From contig NC_087251.1 in NCBI RefSeq assembly GCF_037042905.1, forward strand, positions 38,628,001 through 38,692,000: a DNA stretch of 64,000 nucleotides, in the 5' to 3' direction. This stretch comes from Lytechinus pictus (Eukaryota). The notes under the pieces were generated by a model. The model had not been told where the DNA came from, searched no databases, and saw only the letters and a program-made list of their open reading frames with translations. Within the stretch, counting starts at the first letter, position 1. Each line of letters opens with the position of its first letter. Positions 13,220 to 27,897 of this stretch are shown one piece after another. A program made the position numbers and the translations under genes.

Positions 13220-13589
13220 GTGAGGAATAGTAGATTTTGATTGACTTTTTAGAATTTTTTAGAAGTTGCTATTTGATTTTTAAAATATATTTCTTTTTAA
13301 GTTGCTAATATGGAGAAAATTGTGAAGGACATTAATGGAGGCCTTGTAGTTTGATATTTTAGGCCACATTCCTATAGGGTGCAACAAATATTGAAGGTCA
13401 GTGACAGGGGCTTAAAGGCCAGTCACCATGGCATCCATGGCCGTGGCCTTTGATGGCCTTAGATTGATTTAAGTTCCGTTAATGAAGTGTTTTCTTTTTT
13501 CTTGAAGTAGTTCTGAAAGTTGACCTCGTTTTCCTTTAAGTTTTGACCTTGTACAATTAACCACTTAAATATTACATTAATTGCCGCAG

Positions 13590-13971
13590 GTATCAATCAT
13601 TCTGAAGAACTGTCATTTCTGCGCAAACCGAAGAAGAGTTCCAAGCAAAATGGGAAATCTGCCGGGACGCGTAAGAAGAAAGAACGCGGGGACCGTGATT
13701 CAATGGCATCCAGCAACAGCAATGAGGCAGCATCAATAGGAAGCATGGACGGTATCGGACCTACAACTCCCACAAGGAGACCTTCACCAGGGAACTACAG
13801 GACACCCGGACAGAACGGGAACCCTGGCTACAGCTCTGGATCCAACTACTCTGGAAGCATTGAGAACTTGAATACATCGCTAGTGAACAGTCCACAGAGG
13901 CCCAGTGGTGAGGCCTTCGAAGGCCTTATCAGGCCATCATCTTACAGAGAGAAGGCCTCTATCAATGCAGG
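13590..13971 (+). CDS. FERMT2: Kindlin exon B (F1 with basic, low-complexity loop)
   Basis: Acceptor gccgcag| and donor |gtaagt. Phase 1 join gives GINHSEELSFLRKPKKSSKQNGKSAGTRKKKERG...LIRPSSYREKASINAG, matching the kindlin EELS.LRKP and 'KA.IN.G' motifs. Confidence 0.93.
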
Positions 13972-16900
13972 GTAAGTACCTGTGGGTAATGCAGTTTGGG
14001 GAATGTCTGGATGATAGACTAGCACTTCTTATCATAAAGTCTTTGTTAACCTCTGACCTTTCGAGCTTGAATATCTTATCAAGTTTCATGATATAGGTCA
14101 TATTTGGTGTAAACATTTATGAAGAAGAAAATTCCTTGAGCGTCAAGACATATTGGCAGCTGCTTTAGATAAAATTATGTGCTTCTCCCCAAAAAGTCAG
14201 AAATATCTTTAGAGAGATTGAAAATGACTGAAGCCCCATTTGGGAAAGTCAGAGACCTTGCCCATACCCAAAGAACATGGCACTGTTTTTTATCCCGGCT
14301 TTTATACGTGTACCTGACTTAAAGCCTTCAGAGGGAATCATGCACGGAGAGCTCCATACTCCTTGTTTCTGTCAACCAGTTATGAAACTTTATAAAGCCG
14401 TTGAAAGATTCGCCAAATTTGTGGCAGCGACGCCCAGCATTTGAAATGTTGGAATAGGTTAATCTGGAGGTCAATCCCCCTGCATTACAGGCGCAGTTGA
14501 AGTTCATTGCTGTGAATGTTGTTCTGTTTGTTTAGGCCTTCACTTTCAGTGGATGCCCATGGAGACTTCTACCGTTACATTTGGGTTGAATTTGGATAGT
14601 GCAGGGTTACGGTAATTGCAGTCAGCACGTATTGAACTTGGTGTACATGTAGGAACCCAAAGAAGGTGTTCTGAAGAATTCATTATAAATGCTACGTTTC
14701 TCAAAGACACTTGTTGCTAATAACTCAAGTTATAAAGATTTGGATTCTTAATAATATATTCATAATATTCAAGTCTTTTTTCATAAATCTCCTCTTTATT
14801 GATAATATATTCAGGATATATTATGTTCTATGGAGGAATAGAAAATAAAAGATTCAATGTCATGTACTCTTATTCTTGGGTATAATGAGTATAATAGCCA
14901 GGGTAGATAAAAGGGTTAAAATTGTAAATAAGACAATACATTATTTATGAAAATAACAAATATTTACACCATTAAACTAGCGGTTTTGTGAACAATTGAT
15001 AAAAATAAATGATGTAAAGCCAATTGATGCAAAGAACGATTGAATATTGTGAAAAATAGCATGAAGTATTATTTGATACTTGATTTTAGACGATTATGAC
15101 CTTTATATAGATTGTTCAGACAGCAATTGTTTGCACTTGATCAGAATTGATAGTGGGGCATATTTGCCTACATGTTGGCAGTCATGTCCCTAACTGTAAA
15201 CTTGGCTGAGATTGCTGATAAATCCCAGAACATGTATCCCCAACAGCCTGCTCAGATTTCACATACCGTATCATAATGCTATTATGATTGTTTGTGCGGA
15301 GAGAATAAGAGTTGGTGTATGGTGGAATGGAGAGCTCTGTGAATTCTGGAGCTTTTTCATGTGAGTGGTTTTGTGCAAGGTTCCAATGTGGCCTGAATTG
15401 CATCCGTCGTTTCACTGGAGAATGATGAAAATTTATAAACATTGTAAAAATACTGAAATTTCAATTGAAGTAAATCTCTTTATTTGTATCCTAGCTCTAA
15501 TAATATTTAGTTTTTAAGCATGAAATCAATCAGACAGAAAATGCATTTATTAAATGAAAAAAAAAAATTCTGCATTATTTTTTTTACTAGTGCAGCAAGG
15601 AAATAATCTGTATCGTTTTGATGGTAATAATAGCGAGTGAAAATTCATATTTGATGAAATAAACTTTGCATACAGTGCAGTGCCTTGGAAGTCGGTGCAT
15701 GGGAAATTGACCACAGAGTCTGCATGCCTATTTGAGAATCCCATTCATGAATTCCAAGATGTGTGTGGACTAGTCAGAAGACTAATCGCAGCACTCAATA
15801 GTCAAGACTAGATTGGTCCTCAACGTCTCTCGAATTGAAATAGTCTGCACCCATTCCGCATCCACAAATTTATGAAAGGGGTATCACTATCGGTGAGATC
15901 TAGGATCTCGTTGGAGATGATGGTGGAAAGGCTACACCTTAAATCAACCTCAAGTCCTCCATGGACTCCAGAAATAACACCTGGAATGTGTCAAAACATT
16001 TCTGAACATGGCTTAGATCATGAACCTTATCGCTGTCTATAAACAAGGACAAATAAGTTTGGGATGATAAAGATGATAATAACAGCTCTCGTCACGTACA
16101 TCTACTACAGAAGTTTTGGCTTTTGTGAATATGAAGTCTTTCACACTTTGTAAGTATTTGAGATTTATGGTTAAAAGGTTTCCTTGCAGTGGCCGTCTTA
16201 GTACTTGCATCAAGAATAATGTGATTTTCCCATTGTTTTTGAAAAATTTGTAATAAAAGAATAAGCCTATCAGTGTCGCCGGTCCCGAATTACATCAAAG
16301 TATTAAAAAAATACATTATTGTACAGGAAATATTTAAGAGCAGTATTAACAGTCAGGTTTTCAAGCTAATTCAGTGACTGATCATGGAAGCTACAACACT
16401 ATGGCTTGGACATGATTTCATTTCTGATACAGACACATGTACATGTCGCTTATCAAATACAGTATACTCTAGTCGGACTTTATCGCATTTAAAGAAAGAC
16501 CTGTCCCTATGCTGCAAATGGCATCGTGTATTGAAGATTTGGATGTTTACCAGATGATCATTGCCACTGAGATGTTGAGAAATGATGGAGCCATCACAAA
16601 CAGTCACTCCTATATACAATGCTGACCTTTTATGACATCCATAGATGCTTATTACTACTTGTGACCGGTATTTGATATGGGCATTACTTTCTAAAGAGAA
16701 TTTACAAAATATCAGTTAAGCTGATCGACTCAGCATTTTTTTCTTACGTGGAAAATATGCCAACAATAGAAAAACCTATTTTTGAAAAACATAAACATTC
16801 TGCTTTTAGCATCATTGGTTGTGAAATTCCCATGAAATTTGTTAACATGGTCTCCATGCTGCTTTTTGACAGTTGCATCTGAAATCCATTGGGGCTCAAT

Positions 16901-18539
16901 AGTACATTAGTTCTGTCTGGAAGTCTTGATACGGTGACTCGTCCTGACCTCGCTAGGTGATTACCGAAAAGCGATTGGTTATGTTTATCTGCCCATAGGC
17001 TTGCCCTCCAGTCTTTTTAATTGATATGCATCTTAAGGACCCACTTTGCCTGTGGTTCATAAACAGTCTGCCAATTTCAGATGGAGAGATCAAGGAGTGG
17101 CTGGTGTTAGGAGAGGGTGTGAGTCATTTTATGGAGAAATAAAAATAGAGGAAAAGAGATATATAGAGAGATAAAGAGAAATAGAAAAAGATTGAGAGAG
17201 GAGTAGGGGTGGGGGGGGGGTGGGGTTACATGTATTTGTCACTGTTTCACTTCATTCCAACAGTATATAAATGCTTTAGGCCTATTTCCTGTTATGAAGA
17301 AGGGAATAGATGGATAAAAAAAGGAGGAGAAAGGGAGAGGGGTGGGGTTGGGGTGTATGTGTGTGGAGGGGGGGGGGGGTTAATTTGCTGCTAGCTGTTC
17401 TCATTCATTCTCTAAAATTGTAAGAAACATTCATTTCTACAACCAGTTATCATTTTCAAAATAGATTAAAAAAAAACCACTTGCATGTAGCTAACTTGAG
17501 AAATACATTAGGGGGGGGGGGCTGTCTGTATTCCCATTTTTTTTGGAGGGGGGGGGTTCTATTAAATGAAAGCTCAAAATGCCTTATCATTTGTGAAGCT
17601 CATATCATTGTAGATACCTATCACATGATATCCATCACCATCACCATCAGACCATATCTTATTTCATGGGTCAATAGTCAGGCTGGGAACATAAGACCCC
17701 CAATACTTCATTATTTTCTTCAATAACCTAAAGTCTCATTAATGTTCTCATTTTATGTAATCCTATATACCAGGGACCTTGAAAATAAATAGGATTGGGA
17801 CAATAATTGGTTCCAATTATGCACCCCTCTATATCAAATTAGATTAACATCAGAAGTAGATTTTTTTTCTCACAGAATGAGAGGTATATCATATAACTGT
17901 ATCTTTCCCTGAATACAAAGTGTATTTTGAATGAACAGACGCAGATTAAATAGCCCCTGCATACAAAAGATATGAAATTTTCCCCTGATGTACATATGTT
18001 ACAATGCAGGCCCATTATGTAGTTTGCATTGCTGTAATAACAAGTAGGTTTTTAAAGAGAAAGGAATGACTCTTGTAGACTTTGATTTATTCGTAGCGTT
18101 CTGTTCTTCATCAATCATACCGGTCCTTCTGATAAGTTTTGGACGATTCCAGTCCACTGGGAGATAGATAAGATGAGGGCAATGACCAATCCCATTCTGA
18201 GATTGAAATCAGTGGCTCCTCATGCAATCTCGGAATGAGATATCACTTCATATTGTCAAAAAAACTGAAGTCGCCTCTGCCCGAAATTCTATACTAGGGC
18301 AGATGTTTTTGTTTAGATAGTGAGTTAGTGATATTTTAGTTGAAATGGGTCTCTCCCCCCTCATAGATAATTTGAATCAATCTTCTCTTGAAAGAAAAGA
18401 TAAGTAGCATGCCCATCTTCACCTGGATGTAGTCTATTCACAAGATGTTCCCATTTATTCTTGATAGAAAAATAAATTTGTGAGGAAATTTGGTGTGGAA
18501 ATACTGCTGATAATGATCCTTCCATCTGTCATTCATTAC

Positions 18540-18655
18540 TTAATTCTTTACATATTCAGCAAATTTAACAGAATTCTGATATCTTCATGTAATACTTTTT
18601 ATTAAAAGGGGATAAAATCGAACCTTGTGGAACACCAAAATTCACATCACATTAT
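18540..18655 (-). mobile_element. Decayed non-LTR retrotransposon reverse-transcriptase fragment
   Basis: The minus strand reads CDVNFGVPQGSILSPF (GVPQGS.LSP RT motif), followed by a degenerate KFAEYVK resembling the FADD motif. Confidence 0.7.
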
Positions 18656-21600
18656 TAATTAACTGCTTAAGCAAATGTGTATTGCATTGTCCTAATGGAA
18701 ACAGGCTTTACACTACAGATAGCAAACCCAAATGTCTTCCCTCTATAGCCTTCACAGTTTATGTTGTTGAAATGGTATATCATTATTATGTTATCATCCA
18801 TGCATGGTCTGACCTACATGGTATGGCTGCAATCATCCACTGAGCATGCATGTTGGTTAAAGAGCATAGAAATGTTACTGTCATAAATCACTTGAAATAT
18901 TCTACACAGTTATTACAGTCTGAAGTGAAAGCCAGCCAGTTGACCGTTTGAACTTTGGGGTGCTGTGAATACATGAAGGTTTTTTTTTTGGTCATGCTGT
19001 TTGGAGAAGAAAGAATGATGGGGGAAAAAGAAGAAATAGAACATACGGTAGATCAGCATTGTCATGCTAATCTTGGAGTCATAATATCTTACAATCACAC
19101 CAACATAATCATCTCCAAAAGACCATGGTATGTCATTGATGTAATAGTCTTGATCAGATTGGAGTTGGTTTCGTTAATACTGCGACTTTAATTTGGATGA
19201 AAAATATACAGTGTGGTTTCAAAAGAGGGAAGAAAAAAAAGAACATATCACCATCATTATCATCATTTTCACTATTACATCATAACAGGATACAGTTAGG
19301 GATGTGAGAAATTGCTATCAATTTGGCTAAGTATGAATTGAATTAATATTAAATTACTTCCCGAATTGAAAGTGTTAATGTATATAATTAGATCCTGCCC
19401 AAGACCAAATGTTCATTTTTAGCAATCAGCCAAATTGGTGCAACATTTTTATTTATAATATGTATTGAATTTATCATATGATTATGAATTTCGGCCATAT
19501 GGCATAAGATTTTTGTTTTCTTTTGGTGTCATTGTGGATATTCAGACTCCTTATGTACATGTAGTTTTCATCATCCCTGTTGTTCATTAATGAAAAGGCA
19601 TGGCTCATACTACATCTATGATTAAAGTTAGCGATCAAAATGTGTGCACCTTGTTTGGTATTGTGCATTATCAGAGGGGAGAGAGAAACAAAGAAGGGGG
19701 AATAGGAGGGAGAGAAGAGGGAAGAAGGAAAAGAAAAGGAGGGAAAAGTGCAGAAGGGTGGAAAAGTGGTGAATAGAGAGAGAGGGGGAGAGGGGAGGGG
19801 GGGGGGGGAATAGACATGGAACTTGGCCAATAGTCCTCACTTAAATGTGACCTGGTTATAAAATGATACAGACATAATTGCTTGCTGAAAATATAATTCT
19901 AATCTTGTATCCTACATGGCATTTATTATTGAAGACAGATTTATTACTGTTAAGGCCATAAATTTTTATACTGTATATTCATATCTTGTGGGAAAATCAT
20001 ACTATATTTCAGTCATTTATGGGACCTATTCTTCATTATAATGTCTGGGATCAATCAATGGATCTTAATAGCAAGTCTTGGCTGTTTTTTTTGTTTTTTT
20101 TGCTGGTGACTTGAACACAAATAAAATGACTACTTCACCCCAAGTTTTGTAGAGCGTCATTTTTATAATTTCTGGCGACTTCTTGCATACATGTACATGG
20201 CGTAACATGTAGGCCTAATTTCAATGCCACTCCAGCCTCCAAGTTGAGATGTAGGGTCCATGCCTCCAGAGTGAGTGATGCACCATGACCTCTCCTGCTA
20301 TATCATCCCAAGCCTACCGTAGGTGCTTTCAGACCGACTAACAGAATAAGAATACTATGTATTCTCTGATTGGGAAATTTACCGATCTACCCTAATCTAA
20401 AAAATTGCGCATGCTAGTAACTTCGAGAACTTACCTCGAAAGGATCCGGTTGGGGAAGGTACATGTATGAATGCAAAACACAATTGTTGGGTATTTTGAA
20501 GCCTGAACAATTCTTGTAAGTTGAAGGGGTTATGGTGATCGATCTGGTGTGAAACCTCCTTTTGTCATCTTCAATGTGTTGATGAATTATGAGAACAGAT
20601 TGAGGTCTTGTCTCCCAAGCTGATACCAACAGTTGAGCTTGATAGCGCTTCACGCTGGGTACCTCTCTTATCCAATCAAATATGAAATAGAGATAGATAT
20701 AAAGTCACTTGCTTACAAATTCATATGTCAAAGGTCTTGCTACCCAGAGCTCTAGATTAATAGCCCAAACTAACTAGTGTTATCTTTGACACTTGGGCTA
20801 CAGAGGAAGCGTTTGAAATACTCTACCTGTACTGGAATGCAATTTTGCATGAATTTTTTTTTTTATATATATACCCTAATGATGCTCTCTTTTAAGAATT
20901 TCCACTCATATTTGTATTAAAAAAAAGACCCCCCTAAAAAGACATACATTTAGGCCTAAATTTATCCATAATCAAATATAATTTTGCATAAATGCATTTT
21001 TTTTAAACCCCCAAATCTGCAGCATTCATTCTAACATCCTTCTAGAGTACTCTGAACAGGCTATATGGTATGGTTGTAATTTGTTGGTCTACTTGTAAAT
21101 AATACACCTCATTATATTCAGAGAGGTAATACAATAAGGAAATGTGTATAGATGATAATGGGATTACCATTTACACTTCAAACTATAGAGTTCCTACATG
21201 GATCAAATTCATTTGATCAACATCCCACTAAATTTAATGGAATACTTCCTGATATTGACATTTGACCAATTAAACTTTGACCCACATATTGGGTCTACAT
21301 AGTTTATTTCCTTAAAGACAATGAATAGTCCATTTATTGGTGGGGTGATAATGGTGGCTCTCATGAAATAAAAAAAAAAGGGGGGGGGAGGAAAAAGAAG
21401 CCATAGGTATTAAAAATTATGATTTATGTGCTGGTAGTAAAACAATGATCATCCTAGTAAAAAAAATATATCGGCCTATTATATTACAAGGAGGAAAACG
21501 GCAAGGAAAATTTGTCCAAAATTTGTGTGTTTGCAGCCAAATGCAATGAACGAATAATTCCTAAGGCCTTTCTTTCAGTTGGATCCCATTTTAATAAACA

Positions 21601-23159
21601 GATGCGTGGATGAGCTAAAAAATGATAAATTATATTGCTTGTTGTTCAACCTAGCCCCTATGTTATGTTTATCATTGCATGTATGTATTTGCTTGTTGAT
21701 ATTCTTCATGCCCAGCTGAGCTTGTCTAATTAAGAAGCTGTCTATTTATTGATTGAACCTTATTTTTCATTTCACCTTTTATATGAAAACCTGTACTCTC
21801 CACCCGTTTTCTTTTTCATAGTTTGAGTAATGATGCAGAAAATTGATTGCAACAGTGGCCTGACAAGGTCACATGGTCATGTGACCCCTTTGCTTGCTCC
21901 TTACAGGATGATGTGGTGATAACTGATGTCTGATAAGATGTTATTGGGCTATCCATACAAGTTTACCCATGTTTTTATATTTAGCATGTACCTATAAAGT
22001 AAAAAAGAAAATAAAAGAAAACAGAGTTTGAGAAAATATGATTATTCATAATAATTTAGAGTTTTTCTGTGACTGATTATTTTTACTTTTATTTATTGTT
22101 ATGTATTTTTAGATTTATTTATTTTATTGATTGATTTATTCAATTTATTCATATATATAATATTCTATTTTATTTATTCATTTTGTTTAATATTTTTTTT
22201 TTGGGGGGGTGGTAATCAAGATGAAGTTAAAGTGTCAAAAGCACATCTTATGAAAGATCACAACATAAGTATAATTAAAAATGAAACTGGACCTGTATAA
22301 TTTGCATGGGCCCATATTAAAATGTACTTGAAATCTAATGTGAGTTTAAGTCTCGTCAAAAAAAGCACAATGCCAAAAATCACAAAACATACCACTGCAA
22401 GTCCAATGAGACCAGTATTATTTACCAAGCATTAATAGCCCAAACTGAAATCTACTTTTTGTGACGTTTGACTGACCAGACAATAGGAAACAATAAAGAT
22501 CAAATAATGTAGATATGTTTAATAATCACTAAGGAAGTTTTACCCGCAATATTGTGTGGGCTGAGCAGTGACATCACAATCACTTCCTGTGGCCAACTGG
22601 GAGCGACACCCCTGCAGTTGCTTTGTTTTTATTTATGTTTGGGAAGTGACAGGAGGCATCCTTTCAAATTCTTAACGTCTACATCATTTTGATATAAACA
22701 GCATCAGTTGGCGTCCAATGTGACCACTGAGTACGTAAAAGGGTGTGGGTGGATTGGTATGATGTCATGCATTGCTTCAGTGGTAGTCATGGAGTGTTCT
22801 GTTTGCAAAGAGAGAAATGAAAGTATTCCTTTTTACCCATTATAAGATAATAAAGATAAACATAGACTAGTCACAGGTTAGCTACAAACACACCATGAGC
22901 ACAGTAGTACACTTCTTTATTTTGAAAGAGAAAATGGAACTAATTGATGCTGTTTGCTTTAACATCCATGTTTATCCATGGTCCATGCACTTTGTTCCCT
23001 GTACTGTCAACTCACTCAGCTATGGTGGATCCAAGATTTCAGAATGGGGGGGGGGGGTGGCACTGGGCACATTTTTAATGAGAAGCAAGGAATAAAAAAA
23101 AAATGCCAACCAAACAAACAAATGAAATTAAAAAAATATATATACAGACTGAGTAGAGT

Positions 23160-23447
23160 GATTTCATACTGAAGGCGAAGTGGAGTTACTCTTTAGTAAC
23201 TCTGGATGAAGCTTGTACTGCGGAACGACATTACACCCCCTTTCAAACTGGCAAACTCCGCAGCAGCATATCTGCAGTCGTTTCCGTGGTTTCCAAGCGA
23301 GTTCGCGCCATACGTGTGGCGTGCGGAATCCCCTACTCTACTTTGAATCTGGATTGAAATAATCCTAGAATTTTCGTACTGCCCTCCAACATGTAGTAAC
23401 TCCTATTGGACTCCGGAGTAACTCCACTTTGGCTGTTGGTATGAAAG
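23160..23447. mobile_element. MITE with about 30-bp imperfect TIRs
   Basis: tttcatactgaaggcgaagtggagttactc / gagtaactccactttggctgttggtatgaaa. The interior is CpG-richer than its flanks. Confidence 0.75.
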
Positions 23448-24599
23448 TGGTACAATACAGGGCACTATATGCGAACAAATTTAAAACAAGGGGGTGGAAC
23501 AAATGGCTCCTTTAATAGCTATGTTGCCCCCCCCCCCCATTTGTATGTGCCTGACTCTACATGTATGTGTAGGTCTATGTGCCTGTTTGCTCATACATAT
23601 ATAGCTGAAGTGGAAGCTTATCAGACCATGGACCCATCACATCCTATATCATAATCCTAACCACAAACGTCATAAACTTTGGTTTAGTTTTAGAGTGCAG
23701 AGTGATTACTTTTTAAAGAGAAATTAAAACAAGGAGATAATGTTTTTAGGGAGATGGGTAAAGCTATCTGACCACAAATTAGGCTAAACACAATGAAAAG
23801 ACACACCACAAACCACCCCGAATTCACTGCAATTCAAGGTTTATTGATAGCGTCAGGACGGAAGAGGAAGAACAAATCCAGCTAAAATTCAAAGTAAAAA
23901 TAATTAAATAAAGTTTGAAAGGTTATATTCTGTTTTAGTTTTGGTAAGTTTCAAATGCCTATTTCCTTCCTGTTGCACGCAATTGCATCCAGTACACTAG
24001 TTTGTGGGACACCAGTGGAATGCCATTGTGGGTTTTATTTGTACAATAGTGCCTGTAAACTCCATAATTGTCAACCCTAACATGTTTGCATTTGTTATTT
24101 TGCGGTTGGATGACAATAGTGGATATTTTGAGTCAGCTTTTGAATGGCCCATTTCAGGGACCTCATAAATATAGCAGTTTTGATGACTTTTTACAATTGA
24201 AACTTCAGTTCATTCAATCTCTTTATTGTAAATGAGACTCTTTAAAAGTTGGGATAAAATAGCATGAATAATGCAACTTAGATTGGGTTGTTGACTGCAA
24301 TATAGGCCTATAGAATAAAGAGGAAAAACCCCATAACAATAAAAAGATGTTATGAAGAGATTTATTGATTGATAGTAGGATCTATAAGGAAATGTAGATA
24401 GAGAGAGAGAGTGAATGTGCCGGTTGGTACTGTAGGTAGATAGATAGAAAGATGGATGGATAGGAAGATAGATGAATAGATATGTAGGTTAATAGACCAG
24501 ATATGGTGATCATGCATTTTCTGTTGTTGCCCCTGCCCTGTGGAACAAGCGTCCAACCCACACTCAAAATACCCCCTCTATTGAAATGTTCAAATCCTC

Positions 24600-24743
24600 A
24601 CGTAAAACTCATCTTTCTCAACACTAGCATAGTGTTTTTGTTTTAGTTTATGGATTAATTGTTTACATTAGTTAGCCCACCTGTGCGCTTTGAAACACCC
24701 ATATAAAGTGCCCTATAAATGTTATTATTATTATTATTATTAT
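24600..24743 (+). mobile_element. 3' end of an L2-like LINE or SINE
   Basis: aaaactcatctttc...gtgcgctttga...gtgccctataaat followed by an (ATT)n tail, similar to the SINE tail at 53360-53390. Confidence 0.55.
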
Positions 24744-27450
24744 AGAGATAGACAAAGAGATCAATATAAGGAGAGACAAAGAGAAAAAATAATGAAATTT
24801 TGGTACAAATAAATATTGTTCGTCTTGAAAGAGGCCTATTTGTTTTATCCATCATCCATCCATTGTATACATATCAGTAGGAAAAGGAATTACACAGGGT
24901 TTTTTCTTGAACATTATTTTGAAAATATTACAGTAAGTATCCTGGGTTGGGAATGGGGGTGTGCTTTCAAATATAATAACTTGCTCGATAATATTGAAAC
25001 AAAAATATGATTAAAAAAATGTATTTCCAACACCAATTGTAATACTGTATACTAATAACTATACATACTTGTATTCCAGTGTTCAAGCGGGGGAATAGTC
25101 CTTATACGTCATTGTTTTCACAGGGTTTTATCTAATTTGAATGTTGAATGAAAAACTGTGAAAATTGATTTTTCCCAAGCTTGTGTAGCATTGCCCTTGA
25201 CAGGCGGGAATATTGACTCAACTTGATTTGTGTATCTATAGTCTTGAGCATTTTGGAATGTACAAGGATGTACTATGAGTTGAATTTGCTCTCATGCAGT
25301 AAAATATTAATATAGTCCTGTATTATTGTTCGTATACAGTAGTACTGTACATTGCTATGGAACTATGGGCACAATATTTTTCTTTTTTAATTTCAACTGA
25401 AGAAAACATTGATATTCTTATAACTTTGTAAGAATTTGGATGTACATGTTAAAATACTTCTGAATATTACCATCCATGCATGTACAGGCCTATCTCGTTT
25501 TGGGTCTGTAGTGATGTTTAGTCTATTCAAATTTAATTTACAATCATAATCTTATAATATTTTTTTTCCATCAAGGGTATGCTAAATTATTTGCTTCAAT
25601 ATGTCATTGACAGTATACATTGTAGAATTCATAATTTCAAGGAAGCGAAAACAGACATGGCCTACATATAGAAGAGCTGTGGTTAGGAATAGCTTTGTAA
25701 TAAATTTGACCTTCATCATGGGTAAGCATGCATAATATTACATTTATGAACAAGTATAGTTAATGTTTTGCATTGTGGTATAAGTAAAGTTTGTTATAGT
25801 GGGAATTATTAAATACCTGATCAAGTAGGTCATAGGCCTACAATATTATGAATGCATGAAAACAAGTCCTGTGTTCTGTACATGACATAAATGTGTGCAA
25901 GTACTATTGTTGTCCATATTTGCCTTGATAATTAACATATTGACGGAAGTTTTGCATTGCTTTCCCATGACTTAATCATTAATATGTTAGGTTTAGTTCT
26001 GTGGAATTCAATATTTGCCGGAAGTGATGATTTTGTTCAGCCGAATGAATAAAATCTGATATCAAAACCCATTTTTCTTAAAATTTCACTTCAATGTTAA
26101 TTTGTTATAGGCCAATTTACATACACGTATATGTATAGGCCTATACTTTCTCAGATATTCAATATCTGTATCCTGTTTAATAAGTATCGTCGTTAAAAAC
26201 CAGTGATCACAACCCCTCCCTTTCTAAGAAGTGTAATTACAAGGGTATATTTCACTACTTGACTATAATTATAATATAATTCATCTCAATGGAACTTAGG
26301 AATAGTTTTGATTTCGACATCTGTCAGTTCGAGAGGATACAAATTTGATGATTTTATTGTATGTAGATATAGGTCTACATTACCATTAAGGAGAATAAGG
26401 AAAGAGGAAGAGTGCCAAAATCTTTGATAAGGTGTTAAAAAAAAGAACGAGTAATGAACCATTTCCCCCATTTTTGTGATACATACATGTAATATACATA
26501 TATTTCTGTTTGCAGCACTTAGAAACATTTGTATTGAACGCTAGATGAATGTTGCGTATTATTTTTTAGGCCTTGAATTTTAGTGAGAATATTACTCTCT
26601 TCCTCATTAGATATCCTTGCAGCCAGGTCTCCATACACCGTTTATGTCTTAACCATGTTAAGCACATTTACATGTTTTCAAGATTAATTTAAATTGACCA
26701 TTAAGAAAAGAATAAAACAAAACACACACACAAAAAATACAAAAATAAATCATTGATTATTGGTGTAAGCTGTACAGGCCTGCATGTAATAAAAATCCAG
26801 TCCATCACTTAAGTTGGTTAATGATCAACATGCAACTTTAAAATAGGGAAGTGGACGATTAATTATCCACTTCAAATCTCCAAGTGGCTTTTATTGGCTC
26901 CTTTGTGGTTCAAATTCATCTTTATGAGTACAGCCCCAAATAAACCCATGGAAGTAGAGATTCAATTTAATTCAATTTGCATTTATTTCATTTTCAATTA
27001 AAAATATACATGATAGGAGATATATGTTATTATTTACAAGCAAAAAGTAAAATGAAAATGAAATGGGGGAATTGCATGAATAAAGTCAAGATGGAAATGG
27101 AGAAGAAAGATCGGAAGGAGGAAAGAAATCATACATAGGCCTATTTACATGTATATAAAAAAACCACACAATTACATGTTTAAAAGAAGGAGTACTCCCC
27201 AACTCAATGCCTTATGCTTCTACTCGAAGCACATGAAGGAGTTCTGATGAAAATATAGAAAAGTTTTTGATTAATATAAATTTGAAACTGCATGTACTAT
27301 TGACAATTAAAAAGAACAAAACATTTAACTGCATGGAAAAAAAACCAAAAATGTTTACACGTAGGTCTAATATTCATAATTTCATAAGACAGGGATTGAT
27401 TGGTTTCTATGGAGCCTTTAAAGTGCCATCGACTTGACGACTTGGCGAGA

Positions 27451-27897
27451 TACTTTACCTTGCCATGTCGACATAATAACCTTATTACGTTGACATGATG
27501 AGATACGTTATCTTGCCAAGTTGACTTATAAAACATTATATGTCAACATAGCAAGATATTTTATCTTGCCAAGTCGACTTATAAAACATTATATGTCGAC
27601 ATGGCAAGATATGAAGTGTCCAAGTCCAAATATCTCGCCAAGTTGTCATATCACTTTTTATAAGTCGACTTGGCAAGATAAAATATCTCGCCATGTTGAC
27701 ATATAACTTTTTATAAGTCAACTTGGCAAGATAACGTATCACGCTATGTCAACATATAACCTTTTATAAGTCGACTTGACAAGATAACGTATCTCGCCAT
27801 GTCGACATATAACTTTTTATAAGTCGACTTGGCGAGATAGCGTATCTCGCCATGTCGACATAATAAGGTTATTATGTCGACATGGCAAGATAAAGTA
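27451..27897. mobile_element. Foldback element built of about 52-bp tandem units in mirror arrangement
   Basis: Ends are tactttaccttgccatgtcgacataataacctta / taaggttattatgtcgacatggcaagataaagta. The unit gtcgacttggcaagataacgtatctcgccatgtcgacatataactttttataa switches orientation near 27615. Confidence 0.85.

Noticed and set aside
27451..27897. CRISPR-like appearance of regularly spaced palindromic repeats
   Set aside because: There are no unique spacers, the units invert about a centre, there are no cas genes, and the context is a eukaryotic intron.
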